DNA of 64,000 nt, taken from positions 18-64,017 of the forward strand of contig JANPJZ010000228.1 of the NCBI GenBank assembly GCA_031425795.1. The letters run 5' to 3'. The notes beneath the pieces were generated by a model. It was not told the origin of the DNA. It saw nothing but the letters and a program-made list of their open reading frames with translations, and did no database searches. Source of the stretch: Rhodobacter sp. GTDB lineage: Bacteria > Pseudomonadota > Alphaproteobacteria > Rhodobacterales > Rhodobacteraceae. Shown here piece by piece: positions 28,010 to 38,043 of this stretch. A program made the position numbers and the translations under genes. Every line of letters starts with the position of its first letter. Within the stretch, counting starts at the first letter, position 1.

Positions 28010-29422
28010 TCAGGTGAGGGAGGTCTGGGGTGCCGCGGCAGCCTGCTGTTTGGCGTCGCGACGGTTCATGTCGATCTGCTGCTTGGCCGCGACGGCGCTC
28101 AGGGCACCGCCGCCGATGTTCACGGCAGAACCAAGGGCCGACCCACCCGCACCGCTGAGCGCTGAGCCGACCGCGCTATTGCCGATGGCGTTGACACCTT
28201 TGGCGATGAGCCCACCGATGAACGCGGACTTCTGGGCTTCCGTGAGCAGTTCGGCCGTCTTGGCGTGCACACCGCGAAGGCCGCCGATGGCCTCCTGGAT
28301 CTGCTTCAGCTTCATGCCCAGGTACGCCTGGGAATTGTGGTTCTTGTACATCCGGTCTTGGGCCCCGACGAGGTCCCGGACGGCGATGACGAACTCGCTG
28401 TCGCCGTTGATCATCCGCATGTTGGACCCGGTCTGGTTCTGCGTCAGCTTCTCGTCCAGGTACCCGGCCTGCAGCGGGTACTGGGTGATAGCGCCACGGG
28501 CGCCGAGCCACTTGCCAGCCTCCTGGTACGGGTGCTGGTTCGCATCGAGCGCGTGCAGTTCAGCGATGCCTTCGATGTACCGGGCAGCCGACTTCTGGGT
28601 CTCCATCGTCAGGCTACCGCATTCGCAGCCCATGGACCGCTTGCACAGGGCCACCAGGTCGTCGGCCGAAAGGTTGTCGATCTCGGCGAGGTTGACCTTG
28701 TAGCGGAAGCCCATGCGGTGGTTGGGGATGCCGCGGTCCTTCAGCTCCTGGATGATCATGAGCGCCAGGCTGTCCACGGTCTCGCGCTCGGCGTCCGACG
28801 CAGCAGAGCCGGAGACAGCGGCGGCCATTGCCTGGTACAGGGACGGCAGGGTGATGCCACCCATGACCAGTTCGGCCGCGTCGTCGACTGCCCGTTTATG
28901 GGAGCCAACCGCGTCACGGTAGATCTCGAGCTTGGCTTCCTTCGCGGCCTCGAGCAGCTGCGAGGTTTCAAACTCGGCCGCCGTCAACTTCGCCAGGGTG
29001 GCCGCAATCTTCTGATTCCGCTGCCCAAGCTCGATGATCGGCTCCAAGGGCTGCTGGTAGAGGGAGAGGCCGTCGCTGGTGCCGAGATCTGGAGCCGCGA
29101 ACGGGTCGCCGCCGAGGGCCGCGACCTTCGCCAGTTCACCGCGCAGACCCTCGTGCTGCTCCGGCGCCGATGCCGTCTTGGCCAGGGCCTCGGTGATCTT
29201 GAACGGGTCGGCCAGGTCGAACTTGAACCGCTTGTCGCTGGCCGACTTCTGCAACGTCAGCTGCACGTCGCGGTTGGCGATCTCGGCGACCCGGTGGATC
29301 TGGTGCTGGGTGAGGTCGTGCTCGTGGGCGACATTGCGAAGGGCGTCCGTCATGGACTTCCCCTCGAGGCCGGCCGCCTTGACGGTGTCGGCAAAGGGCT
29401 GGAGGCGTGCGCGGTGGCTCAT
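28010..29422 (-). CDS. Head-associated protein with C-terminal Gly-rich helix
   Basis: KSAS, KTAS, KVAA, KIAA, KSAA, KTAE, KSAF. Confidence 0.75.
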   Translation of the reverse strand: MSHRARLQPFADTVKAAGLEGKSMTDALRNVAHEHDLTQHQIHRVAEIANRDVQLTLQKSASDKRFKFDLADPFKITEALAKTASAPEQHEGLRGELAKVAALGGDPFAAPDLGTSDGLSLYQQPLEPIIELGQRNQKIAATLAKLTAAEFETSQLLEAAKEAKLEIYRDAVGSHKRAVDDAAELVMGGITLPSLYQAMAAAVSGSAASDAERETVDSLALMIIQELKDRGIPNHRMGFRYKVNLAEIDNLSADDLVALCKRSMGCECGSLTMETQKSAARYIEGIAELHALDANQHPYQEAGKWLGARGAITQYPLQAGYLDEKLTQNQTGSNMRMINGDSEFVIAVRDLVGAQDRMYKNHNSQAYLGMKLKQIQEAIGGLRGVHAKTAELLTEAQKSAFIGGLIAKGVNAIGNSAVGSALSGAGGSALGSAVNIGGGALSAVAAKQQIDMNRRDAKQQAAAAPQTSLT

Positions 29423-29430
29423 GTCCGACG

Positions 29431-29457
29431 AGCATAGGATTGCTCCGGGCAGCGCAA
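29431..29457 (-). promoter_or_regulatory. Promoter TTGCGC-N15-TATGCT, near-leaderless (8 nt to ATG)
   Basis: Member of the 15-bp-spacer class. Confidence 0.7.
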
Positions 29458-29463
29458 CCGCCC

Positions 29464-32403
29464 TCAGTAATACATGTCGAGTGCACTGGCGATCTGCATG
29501 ACGTCGTCCATGCTCTCGGAGGTCACGTCCCGGGGGGAGGTGCCCATGTGCCCGGTGAAATCACCGTTCAGCAGCAGCTCGCCACCGAGCATGCAGTACG
29601 TGGTGGCGTGCAGCAGGTCGTCTGGTTTGATGTTTACGTAGCGCTGGGTATTATTGCGCTCGTTGTATTCCATACTAACGGCCAGGAAGTGGTCGAACAG
29701 GACCTGGCTCTCGGAGATGCGCGGGATCGTGACCTGCCGGTTGCGGAAGGCCTCGAAGGTGTCTGTCAGCACCCGGGTGCGGGACAGGTGGTACTTGCGG
29801 GTCTTCGGCTCCCACTTGGCCCGGGGCGCTTTGCCGCCGACGCCGTTGCCCATTCCACCGGCGTGCCACATCTGGGCCACCGAGCCCTCGCCCAGGGCGT
29901 TGACCAGGTTGATGTTCTGCACCTGGCCACAGCCCCAGTCGGCCGCGATGAGGCGGATATTGAAGGCATGGTAGGCCCGCTTGATCCAGGCCATCTCGGC
30001 GTCGGGGCCGGCTTCAGCGCCCTTAAACACCTTGTAGTAGTAGATCTCAAAGCGGGCAGGGAATGGATTCCAGGCCCCGATCACCGCGGTTGTAAAGCTA
30101 TTGCCGGCGTTGATGCCACCGTTGACGGCCCAGTCTACTCCCATGACCAGTGGCGGAAGGTTGGAGGTGTGCTCCGGCATCGCGTTCGGCCGGTCAGGGT
30201 TGCAGCAGGCCTCGAGCTGGGCCTGCGTGATGGGTTGGGAACCGGATTCCGCCGGCATCCCGAGCACTTCGTTGGCGAACTGGACAGCCGAATAGTTGCG
30301 CTGCTTGCCCAGCAGCTCCAACCACTTCGTCGGGATGTCCATGATCGGCTTGACGATCAGCTGTGGGATCCGGTACGATTCACGGTCTACCCGTGAATCC
30401 TTCCCCAGGTGGATGTCCATCTTCCGCCGGGCCACCCACTGGCCGTCACGTGTATCGAGAGGCTGGCCGCAGTGGCGACAGATGACGCCCTTGGTGCCGA
30501 TATTCCTGTCGTCCCACTCATGGTTCCACTTCTTGCATCCCGTGGCCGGGCACCGGACGGCCCACTCGCAGCCCGTGGACTGCGAGCGCATCACCTCCAT
30601 GTGATTGTTCATGGACAGCGGCGTGCCGCAGTACCAGAACGAGCAGTCGGCGGCACGGAAGGCCAGCTCCTCGACCACCGGGATCACGTGCGGCATGATG
30701 TCCTGGATTTCGTCCCAGACGATCGAGCCACCGTTGCTGATCGAACGACCACGGACGCGTGAGCCATCCGTCTGCGCGTACGAAAGCGCTACGATCGAAT
30801 CGTTGCTGAACACCTTGCGGTGGACCTGGTCCACCACCTTCGGGCCGCTGAAGAAGTACTTCTTGATGAAAGGCGAGTTGATCGTGAAGTCACGCAGGCG
30901 CTGGATCGAGAACACATCAGCCTGGTCTGCGAGCGGGGCCAGGTAGATGGCGGCCGTCCGGGGGCGCATGACGGCCTGAAGCACGAGTTTCGACGCGAGA
31001 GTGGTGCTGTTGTGGACGAGTAGCCCGGAGGCCAATGCAAAGTTGTGGTGCGCTTCGACCTCGATGTCGACGCACTCCAGCTCTCCAGCGTCTTCGACGG
31101 TGGCAACGCGGTCCCACCAGACGTCCGCGGTATCCAGCGTACGCAGGTTCGCACCTGAGGGGCCAGTCAGAAGGCCCTCTTCTTCGAGGTACGTCACGTA
31201 CCGGGCGAACTTTGACGACGAAATGGAGTACGCTGGGGTGTTGGCGAGCCCCACGTCGTACAGGGTCCGGGCCGACCGTGACCGGAGGCGCGCACGGTAG
31301 CAATCGGCGATCAGGGCCCCGGCCTCGATGGGGACCGTCAGCCGGTTGTTTCGCTCTTCCACGTCAGGGACAGCAGGGCGCCGCCCATCCGACGTTTGGA
31401 TGAGCTCGTAGAACCGCTGCTGGCTGGGCCGACCGATCACGCGTAACACAAAGGCGTCACGGCATTGGTGGTATTCGCCGTCTTTCGTGTATCCGGCTTC
31501 CCGCTGGTCAACCCAAGCCAGGATGCCCAGGCGGAGCAGGAGGCGACGCACATCATCAACGAGGCCCGGGCTCGCACTGGAATACGTTATCGCCAGGCTG
31601 TTATTTTGCCGGGCGATGCACCCGTCGGTATCCCACAGGTGGCCGAGAAACGTCGCGATCTTGGCATCCGGCAGGCTGAAGAACTCGGCTGGCACACGCT
31701 TCTCGTGGCTGTACGTGCCGACCAGCCGGTATCCGACGAGCACATCGTGCAGTGGGTGCAGGCAGCCAAAGCGGACACGCCATGCACCGGCGGTGGGTTG
31801 GCGAGGTTGTCCGGACATGCGCTCCATCGAGGCCACGACAGCCTCGACTGGGCTCGTGACATCCCAGAACTTTCCACCCTCTGGCTGGTAACAGCAGCCG
31901 TCTCCGATGAAATAGGCGACAAGGGCTAGCGTGTCGTCAGGCACTTCGTGTGCGCCAGTTGCCCGGATCACTTTCAGGGAGGCCACGCTGTCGCCTGGCT
32001 TCAGCGTCCCCGCGGCTTGCTCCCCGTGCACCACGAGCATGCGGTGGTCCGTGGACACGATGGTGGACGCACCGCTGCGGAATGTCAGTTTAACGCAGGG
32101 CCGAAGTGTTCGTGGGAAGACATGCGACACGCGGTCAGGAGCCGACCGGCGGCTGGCTGTCGAGGACGCGAGGCGGGTGCCAACGGTGACATCCCCGATA
32201 CGCATGGTCGTGCCGTCATCCCGCAACACCTCAGTATTAACCCAGCAGCACTTACTGACCTGCCGCGACGTAAATAGGCAGACCCGGCGGGCCTTTGTGT
32301 TGTAAATGGCTTCTAGATACGGGTAGCTCTTAACATCGAAGCGCTCCCCGTTCAGGTGGAAGAGTTCGCCGACGAGTTGGAAGGGGGAGACCGCTGGTAG
32401 CAT
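29464..32403 (-). CDS. terL: Terminase large subunit interrupted by an intein
   Basis: Walker A SRQVSK|STT, Walker B WDEIQD, GTP coupling motif, nuclease MGVDW and DDLLHA. Confidence 0.9.
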   Translation of the reverse strand: MLPAVSPFQLVGELFHLNGERFDVKSYPYLEAIYNTKARRVCLFTSRQVSKCCWVNTEVLRDDGTTMRIGDVTVGTRLASSTASRRSAPDRVSHVFPRTLRPCVKLTFRSGASTIVSTDHRMLVVHGEQAAGTLKPGDSVASLKVIRATGAHEVPDDTLALVAYFIGDGCCYQPEGGKFWDVTSPVEAVVASMERMSGQPRQPTAGAWRVRFGCLHPLHDVLVGYRLVGTYSHEKRVPAEFFSLPDAKIATFLGHLWDTDGCIARQNNSLAITYSSASPGLVDDVRRLLLRLGILAWVDQREAGYTKDGEYHQCRDAFVLRVIGRPSQQRFYELIQTSDGRRPAVPDVEERNNRLTVPIEAGALIADCYRARLRSRSARTLYDVGLANTPAYSISSSKFARYVTYLEEEGLLTGPSGANLRTLDTADVWWDRVATVEDAGELECVDIEVEAHHNFALASGLLVHNSTTLASKLVLQAVMRPRTAAIYLAPLADQADVFSIQRLRDFTINSPFIKKYFFSGPKVVDQVHRKVFSNDSIVALSYAQTDGSRVRGRSISNGGSIVWDEIQDIMPHVIPVVEELAFRAADCSFWYCGTPLSMNNHMEVMRSQSTGCEWAVRCPATGCKKWNHEWDDRNIGTKGVICRHCGQPLDTRDGQWVARRKMDIHLGKDSRVDRESYRIPQLIVKPIMDIPTKWLELLGKQRNYSAVQFANEVLGMPAESGSQPITQAQLEACCNPDRPNAMPEHTSNLPPLVMGVDWAVNGGINAGNSFTTAVIGAWNPFPARFEIYYYKVFKGAEAGPDAEMAWIKRAYHAFNIRLIAADWGCGQVQNINLVNALGEGSVAQMWHAGGMGNGVGGKAPRAKWEPKTRKYHLSRTRVLTDTFEAFRNRQVTIPRISESQVLFDHFLAVSMEYNERNNTQRYVNIKPDDLLHATTYCMLGGELLLNGDFTGHMGTSPRDVTSESMDDVMQIASALDMYY
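31009..32250 (-). mobile_element. 414-aa intein with LAGLIDADG homing endonuclease
   Basis: Starts with C (CCWVNTEV), ends VHN before Ser; LVAYFIGDG and FLGHLWDTDG motifs. Confidence 0.9.
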
Positions 32404-32433
32404 GACAGGTTTATGTCCAAACCTGTCGATGTG

Positions 32434-33339
32434 TCAACCGGAGCAGAGACCATCGAGGTCGTCCAGCATCACGGGGGTCTGCTCTTCGTACTGCAGGCCG
32501 ATGGCTTTCAAGGTCTCGGCGACCTTGCGGGCCTCTACATCGTCGCCCCCGCCGCCTGCACTCTCCGCCATCTTCAGCTTCTGCTTCGCATTCAGGGCCT
32601 TGAACAGCGTGTCGCGCTCCAGCTTCAGCCGGACGATCTCGTCCTTCGACATCCGCAGGCCGTGGTTGCCGGCCTCGGCCTTCAGCAGCCGCTCGGTGAA
32701 ATAGGCGTCGGAGATGAGCCGGTCCAGGACCTGCTCATTCGACATGGACACCGGCACGCCCATCCGCCACCGGGCGTATTCGTGCGGCTGGTGCATGAGG
32801 TCACGCTTCAGCGTGGCCTCCGACGGGGCGATGCACTTCAGATAGGCGGACCAGTGCTCGCCTTCGGTGTATTCGCGGTCAGCAAAGTAGCGCCCGAACA
32901 GGGCCACGGCAGATTCGTCCACCGGGTAGCCCCACATGCGCTGGATGTCCGCCGCCACCGTGGCCGTCGGCACCCCGGCCAGCAGGAGGGTCTCGATGAA
33001 GACGCGCAGGGTGTCGTCCTGGCGCCACTTCGGGAGCATGCCTGGCAGGGCGAGGATCGCGCCGTCAGGCCCCAGGCCCAGGACGTCAGCTACGCCGAGG
33101 CGGGAGGCCGCTTCCATCATGGGCCGGTAATCCCGCAGCAGCGCCGCGTCGGTGGACCGGAGCCAGGCTTCGAGCCCGGGCGGCAGCTCGGGGAACACCT
33201 GGGTGTGGAGGAATTCGGCGAGGGTGACAGGAAATGTCACTCGGGCATCGGCACAAAACCGAGCAACAGCGCCAACACCATCAGATCGACAGAGCGCGAC
33301 CAGGGAGATGGCCTGCAGGATCTTGTGGTGCGGGACCAT
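32434..33339 (-). CDS. Hypothetical protein, candidate terminase small subunit
   Basis: Directly upstream of terL; helical, possible HTH. Confidence 0.45.
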   Translation of the reverse strand: MVPHHKILQAISLVALCRSDGVGAVARFCADARVTFPVTLAEFLHTQVFPELPPGLEAWLRSTDAALLRDYRPMMEAASRLGVADVLGLGPDGAILALPGMLPKWRQDDTLRVFIETLLLAGVPTATVAADIQRMWGYPVDESAVALFGRYFADREYTEGEHWSAYLKCIAPSEATLKRDLMHQPHEYARWRMGVPVSMSNEQVLDRLISDAYFTERLLKAEAGNHGLRMSKDEIVRLKLERDTLFKALNAKQKLKMAESAGGGGDDVEARKVAETLKAIGLQYEEQTPVMLDDLDGLCSG

Positions 33340-33345
33340 GCGACG

Positions 33346-33372
33346 AGTGTGTCGTTAGTTGCAGCAACGCAA
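33346..33372 (-). promoter_or_regulatory. Promoter TTGCGT-N15-CACACT, leaderless (6 nt to ATG)
   Basis: Member of the 15-bp-spacer class. Confidence 0.7.
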
Positions 33373-33377
33373 CCGGG

Positions 33378-35192
33378 TCAGAACCCGGCCTGCGATACTT
33401 CCTGGTTGGCGCTCTGCAGGCGCTCGGTCACGCGCTGCAGGGCCTTCATGGCCACTGCCGTCGCGTTCTCGTCGCCGGGCAGCCCCATGCGGATAGCGAG
33501 CAGCAGCCGGGCCAGGCCCTCGACGGTCTGCTCGAACGTGCCTTCCAGCTGCATGAAGTCCGCGAGGTTGTCCTCGTTGAGGAAGCCGGTGCCCAGGATC
33601 GCATCCGCGCAGTCGGGCCGGCCAATGGCGGCAGCCAGCTTGGCAGCAGCAGCCAGGGGCATGGCCAGGGCCTTGAGTTCAGCGGCGACCAAGCCGGGGA
33701 TGACCGCAGCGGTCTTCTTCTGCTCGGCGATGCTGGCGGCCGTCTCCGACATCCCGCTGTCGAACCGCAGGTGGCCCTTGGCCTCCGCGGCTGCGGCGAT
33801 CTCAGCGCCGTTGGCCATCCAGTGGTTGATGTGCTGCAGCGCGGCGGTCTTGCCGACGTTCGTGAAGATGGCTTCGTTGCCGATGGTCATGGACCACTGG
33901 CCATTGTCGACGACCAGCTGGTCCGGGACCTGGGAGGCGAGGATCGCGGCCACCTTGCCGACGCCGGCAGGCTGCTGGTGCTCTTCGGCGTAGGCCTTCA
34001 GCTGCAGCACTTTGGTGTCCAGCGGGAAGATCCAGGTGCCATCGGCGTCGTCGAACGACGCGACCTTCACACCCTTGGCCAGCAGCACGTTCACCGTGGC
34101 GCCGAACGGGGTGGTGAGCGCAACATGGTAGCTGCCGGCGGCCTCATCGACCTGGATCGAGGCGACCTTGAGCGGCGCCGTGATGGCGTCAGCGACGCTG
34201 AAGACAACGTCGGCCCCACGGCGAAGGCTGGCTGCGGCCAGCTTCTCGACCACCGCGCCAGCGGCACTGGCGTCCTGCGGAATGCCAACCACCTGAGCGG
34301 CGGCCTTGCAGTAGGTCCCGTCCTCGAAGGCGAACCAGTCGGCCAGGCCGGCCGTGGGGTTCGTGAGGTCGATCGCGGAGAACGCCATGGCGGTCTTCGC
34401 GGTGCCATCATTCAGGAACACCGTAGCGGCCGAAAGCGTGGAGGTCTCCAGCGCGGTCGGCAGGGTGTCCAACGTCTTGGCGTAGCTGACGTTCACCGGC
34501 AGGCCGGCGACTTTGCTGGCGATCTTGTTGGCGGGGGCGGGCGCGCCGAACCAGGCGTCGACGACGTCAGCCAGGCCGTGCACGTGGAAGCCAGCAACGA
34601 TCGTCGGGTCCGCCTTCAGCACGGCGGCGAAGGCAGTCTTCTGGGCGTCGGTGGCTCCGAGGACATGGGCCAGCACGGTGCGGCCGCGCATCGGCAGGCG
34701 CATGGCGCTGCCGTCTTCGGTGTACTGGGAACCACGGATGTCGCCGGGCAACACGGTTTCGCCGATGCCGCTGGCATCGCTGGCGCCGTCGAAGTTCTGC
34801 TCGGTCAGGGGAAGCACGCGGTCATCCGAGGTGGAGCCCGCACCTTCCTGGGTGCCCATCTCGCCGGCCTGCTGGGGCGAGCGCACGATCATGATGTCCA
34901 TGGGCTTGAGCTCACGGGCAGTGATCACCACCGGGATGCTCACGCGCGGCGTGTCCATCACGCTGATGTAGCCCACGGCGTAGCCCATGGCATCGTCGCG
35001 CTGCTTGAAGTTCACGATCAAGCGATCATGCGGCAGGTAGGGGTGGTCCCGCAGCAGGGTCTGCAGAATCTCGTCGGACCAGGCCCCGGGCGGCGACACG
35101 AGCCGCACACCGGCGGTCTTGCGGGCCGCTTCCGGCGTCAGGTAATCGGTGGCGCTGATCGTCGGGGGCAGGACAAAGAGTGGCTTGGTCAT
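33378..35192 (-). CDS. Large structural protein, rich in K-x-A motifs
   Basis: ATG 35192 chosen because the promoter lies 7 nt upstream; KTAG, KTAF, KIAS, KVAG, KTAM, KLAA, KVAS, KVAA, KTAA. Confidence 0.75.
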   Translation of the reverse strand: MTKPLFVLPPTISATDYLTPEAARKTAGVRLVSPPGAWSDEILQTLLRDHPYLPHDRLIVNFKQRDDAMGYAVGYISVMDTPRVSIPVVITARELKPMDIMIVRSPQQAGEMGTQEGAGSTSDDRVLPLTEQNFDGASDASGIGETVLPGDIRGSQYTEDGSAMRLPMRGRTVLAHVLGATDAQKTAFAAVLKADPTIVAGFHVHGLADVVDAWFGAPAPANKIASKVAGLPVNVSYAKTLDTLPTALETSTLSAATVFLNDGTAKTAMAFSAIDLTNPTAGLADWFAFEDGTYCKAAAQVVGIPQDASAAGAVVEKLAAASLRRGADVVFSVADAITAPLKVASIQVDEAAGSYHVALTTPFGATVNVLLAKGVKVASFDDADGTWIFPLDTKVLQLKAYAEEHQQPAGVGKVAAILASQVPDQLVVDNGQWSMTIGNEAIFTNVGKTAALQHINHWMANGAEIAAAAEAKGHLRFDSGMSETAASIAEQKKTAAVIPGLVAAELKALAMPLAAAAKLAAAIGRPDCADAILGTGFLNEDNLADFMQLEGTFEQTVEGLARLLLAIRMGLPGDENATAVAMKALQRVTERLQSANQEVSQAGF

Positions 35193-35199
35193 GGGTGGG

Positions 35200-35226
35200 A
35201 TCGTAGACCGATCGTTCTCGCTGCAA
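35200..35226 (-). promoter_or_regulatory. Promoter TTGCAG-N15-TACGAT, leaderless (7 nt to ATG)
   Basis: Member of the 15-bp-spacer class. Confidence 0.7.
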
Positions 35227-35232
35227 TGGGGA

Positions 35233-36702
35233 TCAGCCAACTCCAGGCCCCGAGGTGGCCCCCGGCGGGAACGGTACTGGGTGGACGTGAGTGGACAGGC
35301 TGGCCGTCGCGCTCTTGACCACGGCAGCCTCCACCAGGGCGGCCCCAGTGATGGACGCGCCATTCATGGTCAACGGCACGCCGGGGGAACCCAGCTTCAG
35401 GGCCGCAACGTCCAGGGCCAGGGAGAGCCCGAAGATCCGGATGCCCGCAGGGGTGCATTCGATGCCGGAGATCGGGGGTCCGTTGGGTGCCGGCGCGCAG
35501 CCCAGGCTTGCGGACGTGGGGGCCGTCAAGGCCGCCTGCCCGGTCGTGCCGTTGGCTTCGAGGGCCACCAGCGGGGCAGCGGCGTTCGGGCCCACCGTGA
35601 ATTTGAACGTGGTAGTTTTGCTGTCGTACGACAGCACAAACTCAGGGATGACGGCGAACTTTGCCTTGGTCGGCGCGCCCGGCACCCGGCCCTTATTACC
35701 GGACCAGATCCGGAAGGAGCCGTCGGCATCGACGATCGAGTCGTACATTACGGCGCCGACGGTATCCAGCTCGTCTGCCGGAATGGGCGCGATTGCCGGC
35801 ACAAGTGGCTGTACCACCGCATCATGCTTCAAGCTGTAGGTGCCGGCAGCCCGGTCCGCCATGATCGTGAAGTCAGTGAGCACCGTTGCGACGGCCGCGC
35901 GGCCATCCGCCAGGGCCGAGTGGCTGACGTGCCCGCGCTGGGACAGGAGGTACGGCGCCATGGCCTCGGGCCAGGGGGAGGCTTCAAACACCTCGCTCAT
36001 GGTCTCGTAGGCCCCGGGCGGGTGCACCTTCTCAGACTGCGACATGGTGAGCACGGCCAGGGCCTCGGCCGGGCCCAGGTAGCTGTCGTGCCGCCGCCAG
36101 TAACCCGGAGCTCGGACGACCCGCTTCAGGAAGCGGTCCAGCACCTCGCCGTCAGCCTTGTACCAGGTGCCGGCGTAGGAGCAGCCGCCAATCGTGGCAC
36201 CGTAGTCGTTCACCTTGACCTTGGCCGAGCCCTTGGACATGACGGTGTCGCCGGGCTGCAGGCCGAAGGTCCAGTCACCAAGCGTGGAGCCGACGGCGCC
36301 GGACCGGGCCAGCGCGGCTTCGATGCCCGGATTGTAGCCGGACTGCCGCTTCTCGGTGTCCGCGGCGGTCTCCGGCGTGCTGGTGGGGCCGGTGTAGAAG
36401 CCAATGATGACCCAGGCCCGGCCGTCCCACAGGCACGCAACGCGGGAGCCCTCCTCGGGAAGGTAGATCAAACCCCCAGCTGGTGGGTCGCTGCGGGTCG
36501 GCCGCTGAAACCCGGCCTGGAGCATCAGCACGTTGTCGTGGATGCCGGTGCCGTCCAGGCTCGAGGTGGACACGCCCTCGAAGCGAACCCGGAAGGTGAA
36601 CAGCGGGACCTGCCCATTCTGCGTCATGTTCACCTTCAAGACGACGCCACGCGCGAAATCCGCACGCCCCTGGGGCATCGACGAGAATGGTGAATGGATC
36701 AT
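35233..36702 (-). CDS. Baseplate central spike (gpV/gp5-like)
   Basis: OB-fold LPEEGSRVACLW..VIIGF; C-terminal THVHP metal-binding tip. Confidence 0.7.
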   Translation of the reverse strand: MIHSPFSSMPQGRADFARGVVLKVNMTQNGQVPLFTFRVRFEGVSTSSLDGTGIHDNVLMLQAGFQRPTRSDPPAGGLIYLPEEGSRVACLWDGRAWVIIGFYTGPTSTPETAADTEKRQSGYNPGIEAALARSGAVGSTLGDWTFGLQPGDTVMSKGSAKVKVNDYGATIGGCSYAGTWYKADGEVLDRFLKRVVRAPGYWRRHDSYLGPAEALAVLTMSQSEKVHPPGAYETMSEVFEASPWPEAMAPYLLSQRGHVSHSALADGRAAVATVLTDFTIMADRAAGTYSLKHDAVVQPLVPAIAPIPADELDTVGAVMYDSIVDADGSFRIWSGNKGRVPGAPTKAKFAVIPEFVLSYDSKTTTFKFTVGPNAAAPLVALEANGTTGQAALTAPTSASLGCAPAPNGPPISGIECTPAGIRIFGLSLALDVAALKLGSPGVPLTMNGASITGAALVEAAVVKSATASLSTHVHPVPFPPGATSGPGVG

Positions 36703-36705
36703 GGG

Positions 36706-36900
36706 TCAGGCCTTCGGCGGGGTGAACGTCAGGATCGTAGCGTGGCCCACGCGAACCCTGGACAAGTGCCAGCCGGGGTAGCGGGCCACCAGCTCGGCCT
36801 CTTGGGCGGGGTTGGCCACCCGGTGTCGCACGGAGGCAACCCGGGTAGAGCCCGGCGGTGGCGCGGCAGCACGAAACTTGGGGCAGGCAGAACAGGCCAT
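36706..36900 (-). CDS. Small protein with N-terminal CxxC
   Basis: MACSACPK; own leaderless promoter; stop 3 nt before the spike ATG. Confidence 0.55.
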   Translation of the reverse strand: MACSACPKFRAAAPPPGSTRVASVRHRVANPAQEAELVARYPGWHLSRVRVGHATILTFTPPKA

Positions 36901-36906
36901 GGAAGA

Positions 36907-36933
36907 AGGGTAAATCAGAGGGTTAAATTGGAA
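36907..36933 (-). promoter_or_regulatory. Promoter TTCCAA-N15-TACCCT, leaderless (6 nt to ATG)
   Basis: Variant of the class in the AT-rich divergent intergenic region. Confidence 0.55.
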
Positions 36934-37046
36934 GGCGTTTTATGGGATAAGTAATATAGTGGGTAGCAATACCCGCCGCGCTGCATGTCTGCAGCGATGG
37001 CTTACTAACCCGAGCGCCGCACAGCCGGCCAGAAAGGACGGGCGTC

Positions 37047-37334
37047 ATGAAGACGGCCACCTACCTCCGCGACCTTGGCAATGGTCGTCACCTCTACCGG
37101 CTGAGCGAGCCGGTGCCGATGGCTGACGGATTCAGCTGCGCCTTCGTGGCGTCCTACACGTCCCTCCTCGACGGGCAGCTCGAGACCGTTCTTGTCGGGG
37201 CTGACGCGGACGGGATGTCGGACTTCAATGCCCACGTGGGCCTCGAGTTCGAGGCCTTTGGGCAACCGCCGGCGGTCAGCCGGATCCTGGCCCAGCACGG
37301 CTACGACCTCGTTTACCCCGCGAAAGCGGGGTGA
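37047..37334 (+). CDS. Hypothetical protein
   Basis: SD-like AAGGA upstream; first gene of the + strand island. Confidence 0.7.
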   Translation: MKTATYLRDLGNGRHLYRLSEPVPMADGFSCAFVASYTSLLDGQLETVLVGADADGMSDFNAHVGLEFEAFGQPPAVSRILAQHGYDLVYPAKAG

Positions 37335-37337
37335 GCG

Positions 37338-38027
37338 ATGGGCGCCCCGCATCACATTCGCGACCAGGCAGATGATGCTCGCCACCTCATCCGGCTGAAA
37401 TCCCGCCACTGGGGCCACCACCGGACATCTGCAGCGTTCACAGATGTGGACTGGGACGTCGGCCGCGACAGCGAGGTTGCCCGCGCAAGGCGGGGCCTCG
37501 GGGACCTCCTGGACACCGCGGTTCGTTTGTTCCGGTCAGGAGACTACAACTTCAGCATACGCTTCCGCAATGCGATTAAACGACAATGGTCCGTCATTAC
37601 GGAGCTCGGCGCTGCAGCTGCAGAACTCGAAGACCTCAACGTCTTTCTCGAGAAGTTTAGCCTGCGCTTGACTGGTAACGGGTCGATCATCCCTGACCCG
37701 GCGGCAGTGGCAAAGTGGCAGGCCCTCGCAGCCCAGATCAAGCATCTCAGCGTCGAGCTTGAGATGGCAGCGCAGACCGGCCGGGACAAAGCCGTGCGGG
37801 CTCGCGACCGCCGGCTGAAGGCCATCGCGAGTGCCAAGGCCGGAATAGGCTGCGTCCGCCTCGGGGCAGACGGCCAGTACTACGAAGTCGAGCTGGCAAC
37901 GCTGTTGAAAGAAGCGGAGCACGATGAGGTGCACCAACTCGAGGCACGGGTTGCCAGGTTGAAGAGCGACCTGGCAGCCGCGAAGCAACGAGACCAGCAG
38001 GCCCGACTTGGCCTGCTCAAACTGTGA
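37338..38027 (+). CDS. Hypothetical coiled-coil protein
   Basis: 229-aa ORF in operon. Confidence 0.65.
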   Translation: MGAPHHIRDQADDARHLIRLKSRHWGHHRTSAAFTDVDWDVGRDSEVARARRGLGDLLDTAVRLFRSGDYNFSIRFRNAIKRQWSVITELGAAAAELEDLNVFLEKFSLRLTGNGSIIPDPAAVAKWQALAAQIKHLSVELEMAAQTGRDKAVRARDRRLKAIASAKAGIGCVRLGADGQYYEVELATLLKEAEHDEVHQLEARVARLKSDLAAAKQRDQQARLGLLKL

Positions 38028-38043
38028 GAAAGGAGACCCAGCG

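Noticed and set aside
28010-35192. Portal protein assignment to 28010-29422 or 33378-35192
   Set aside because: No recognisable portal motifs by eye; the portal probably lies outside the window. HHpred would settle this.
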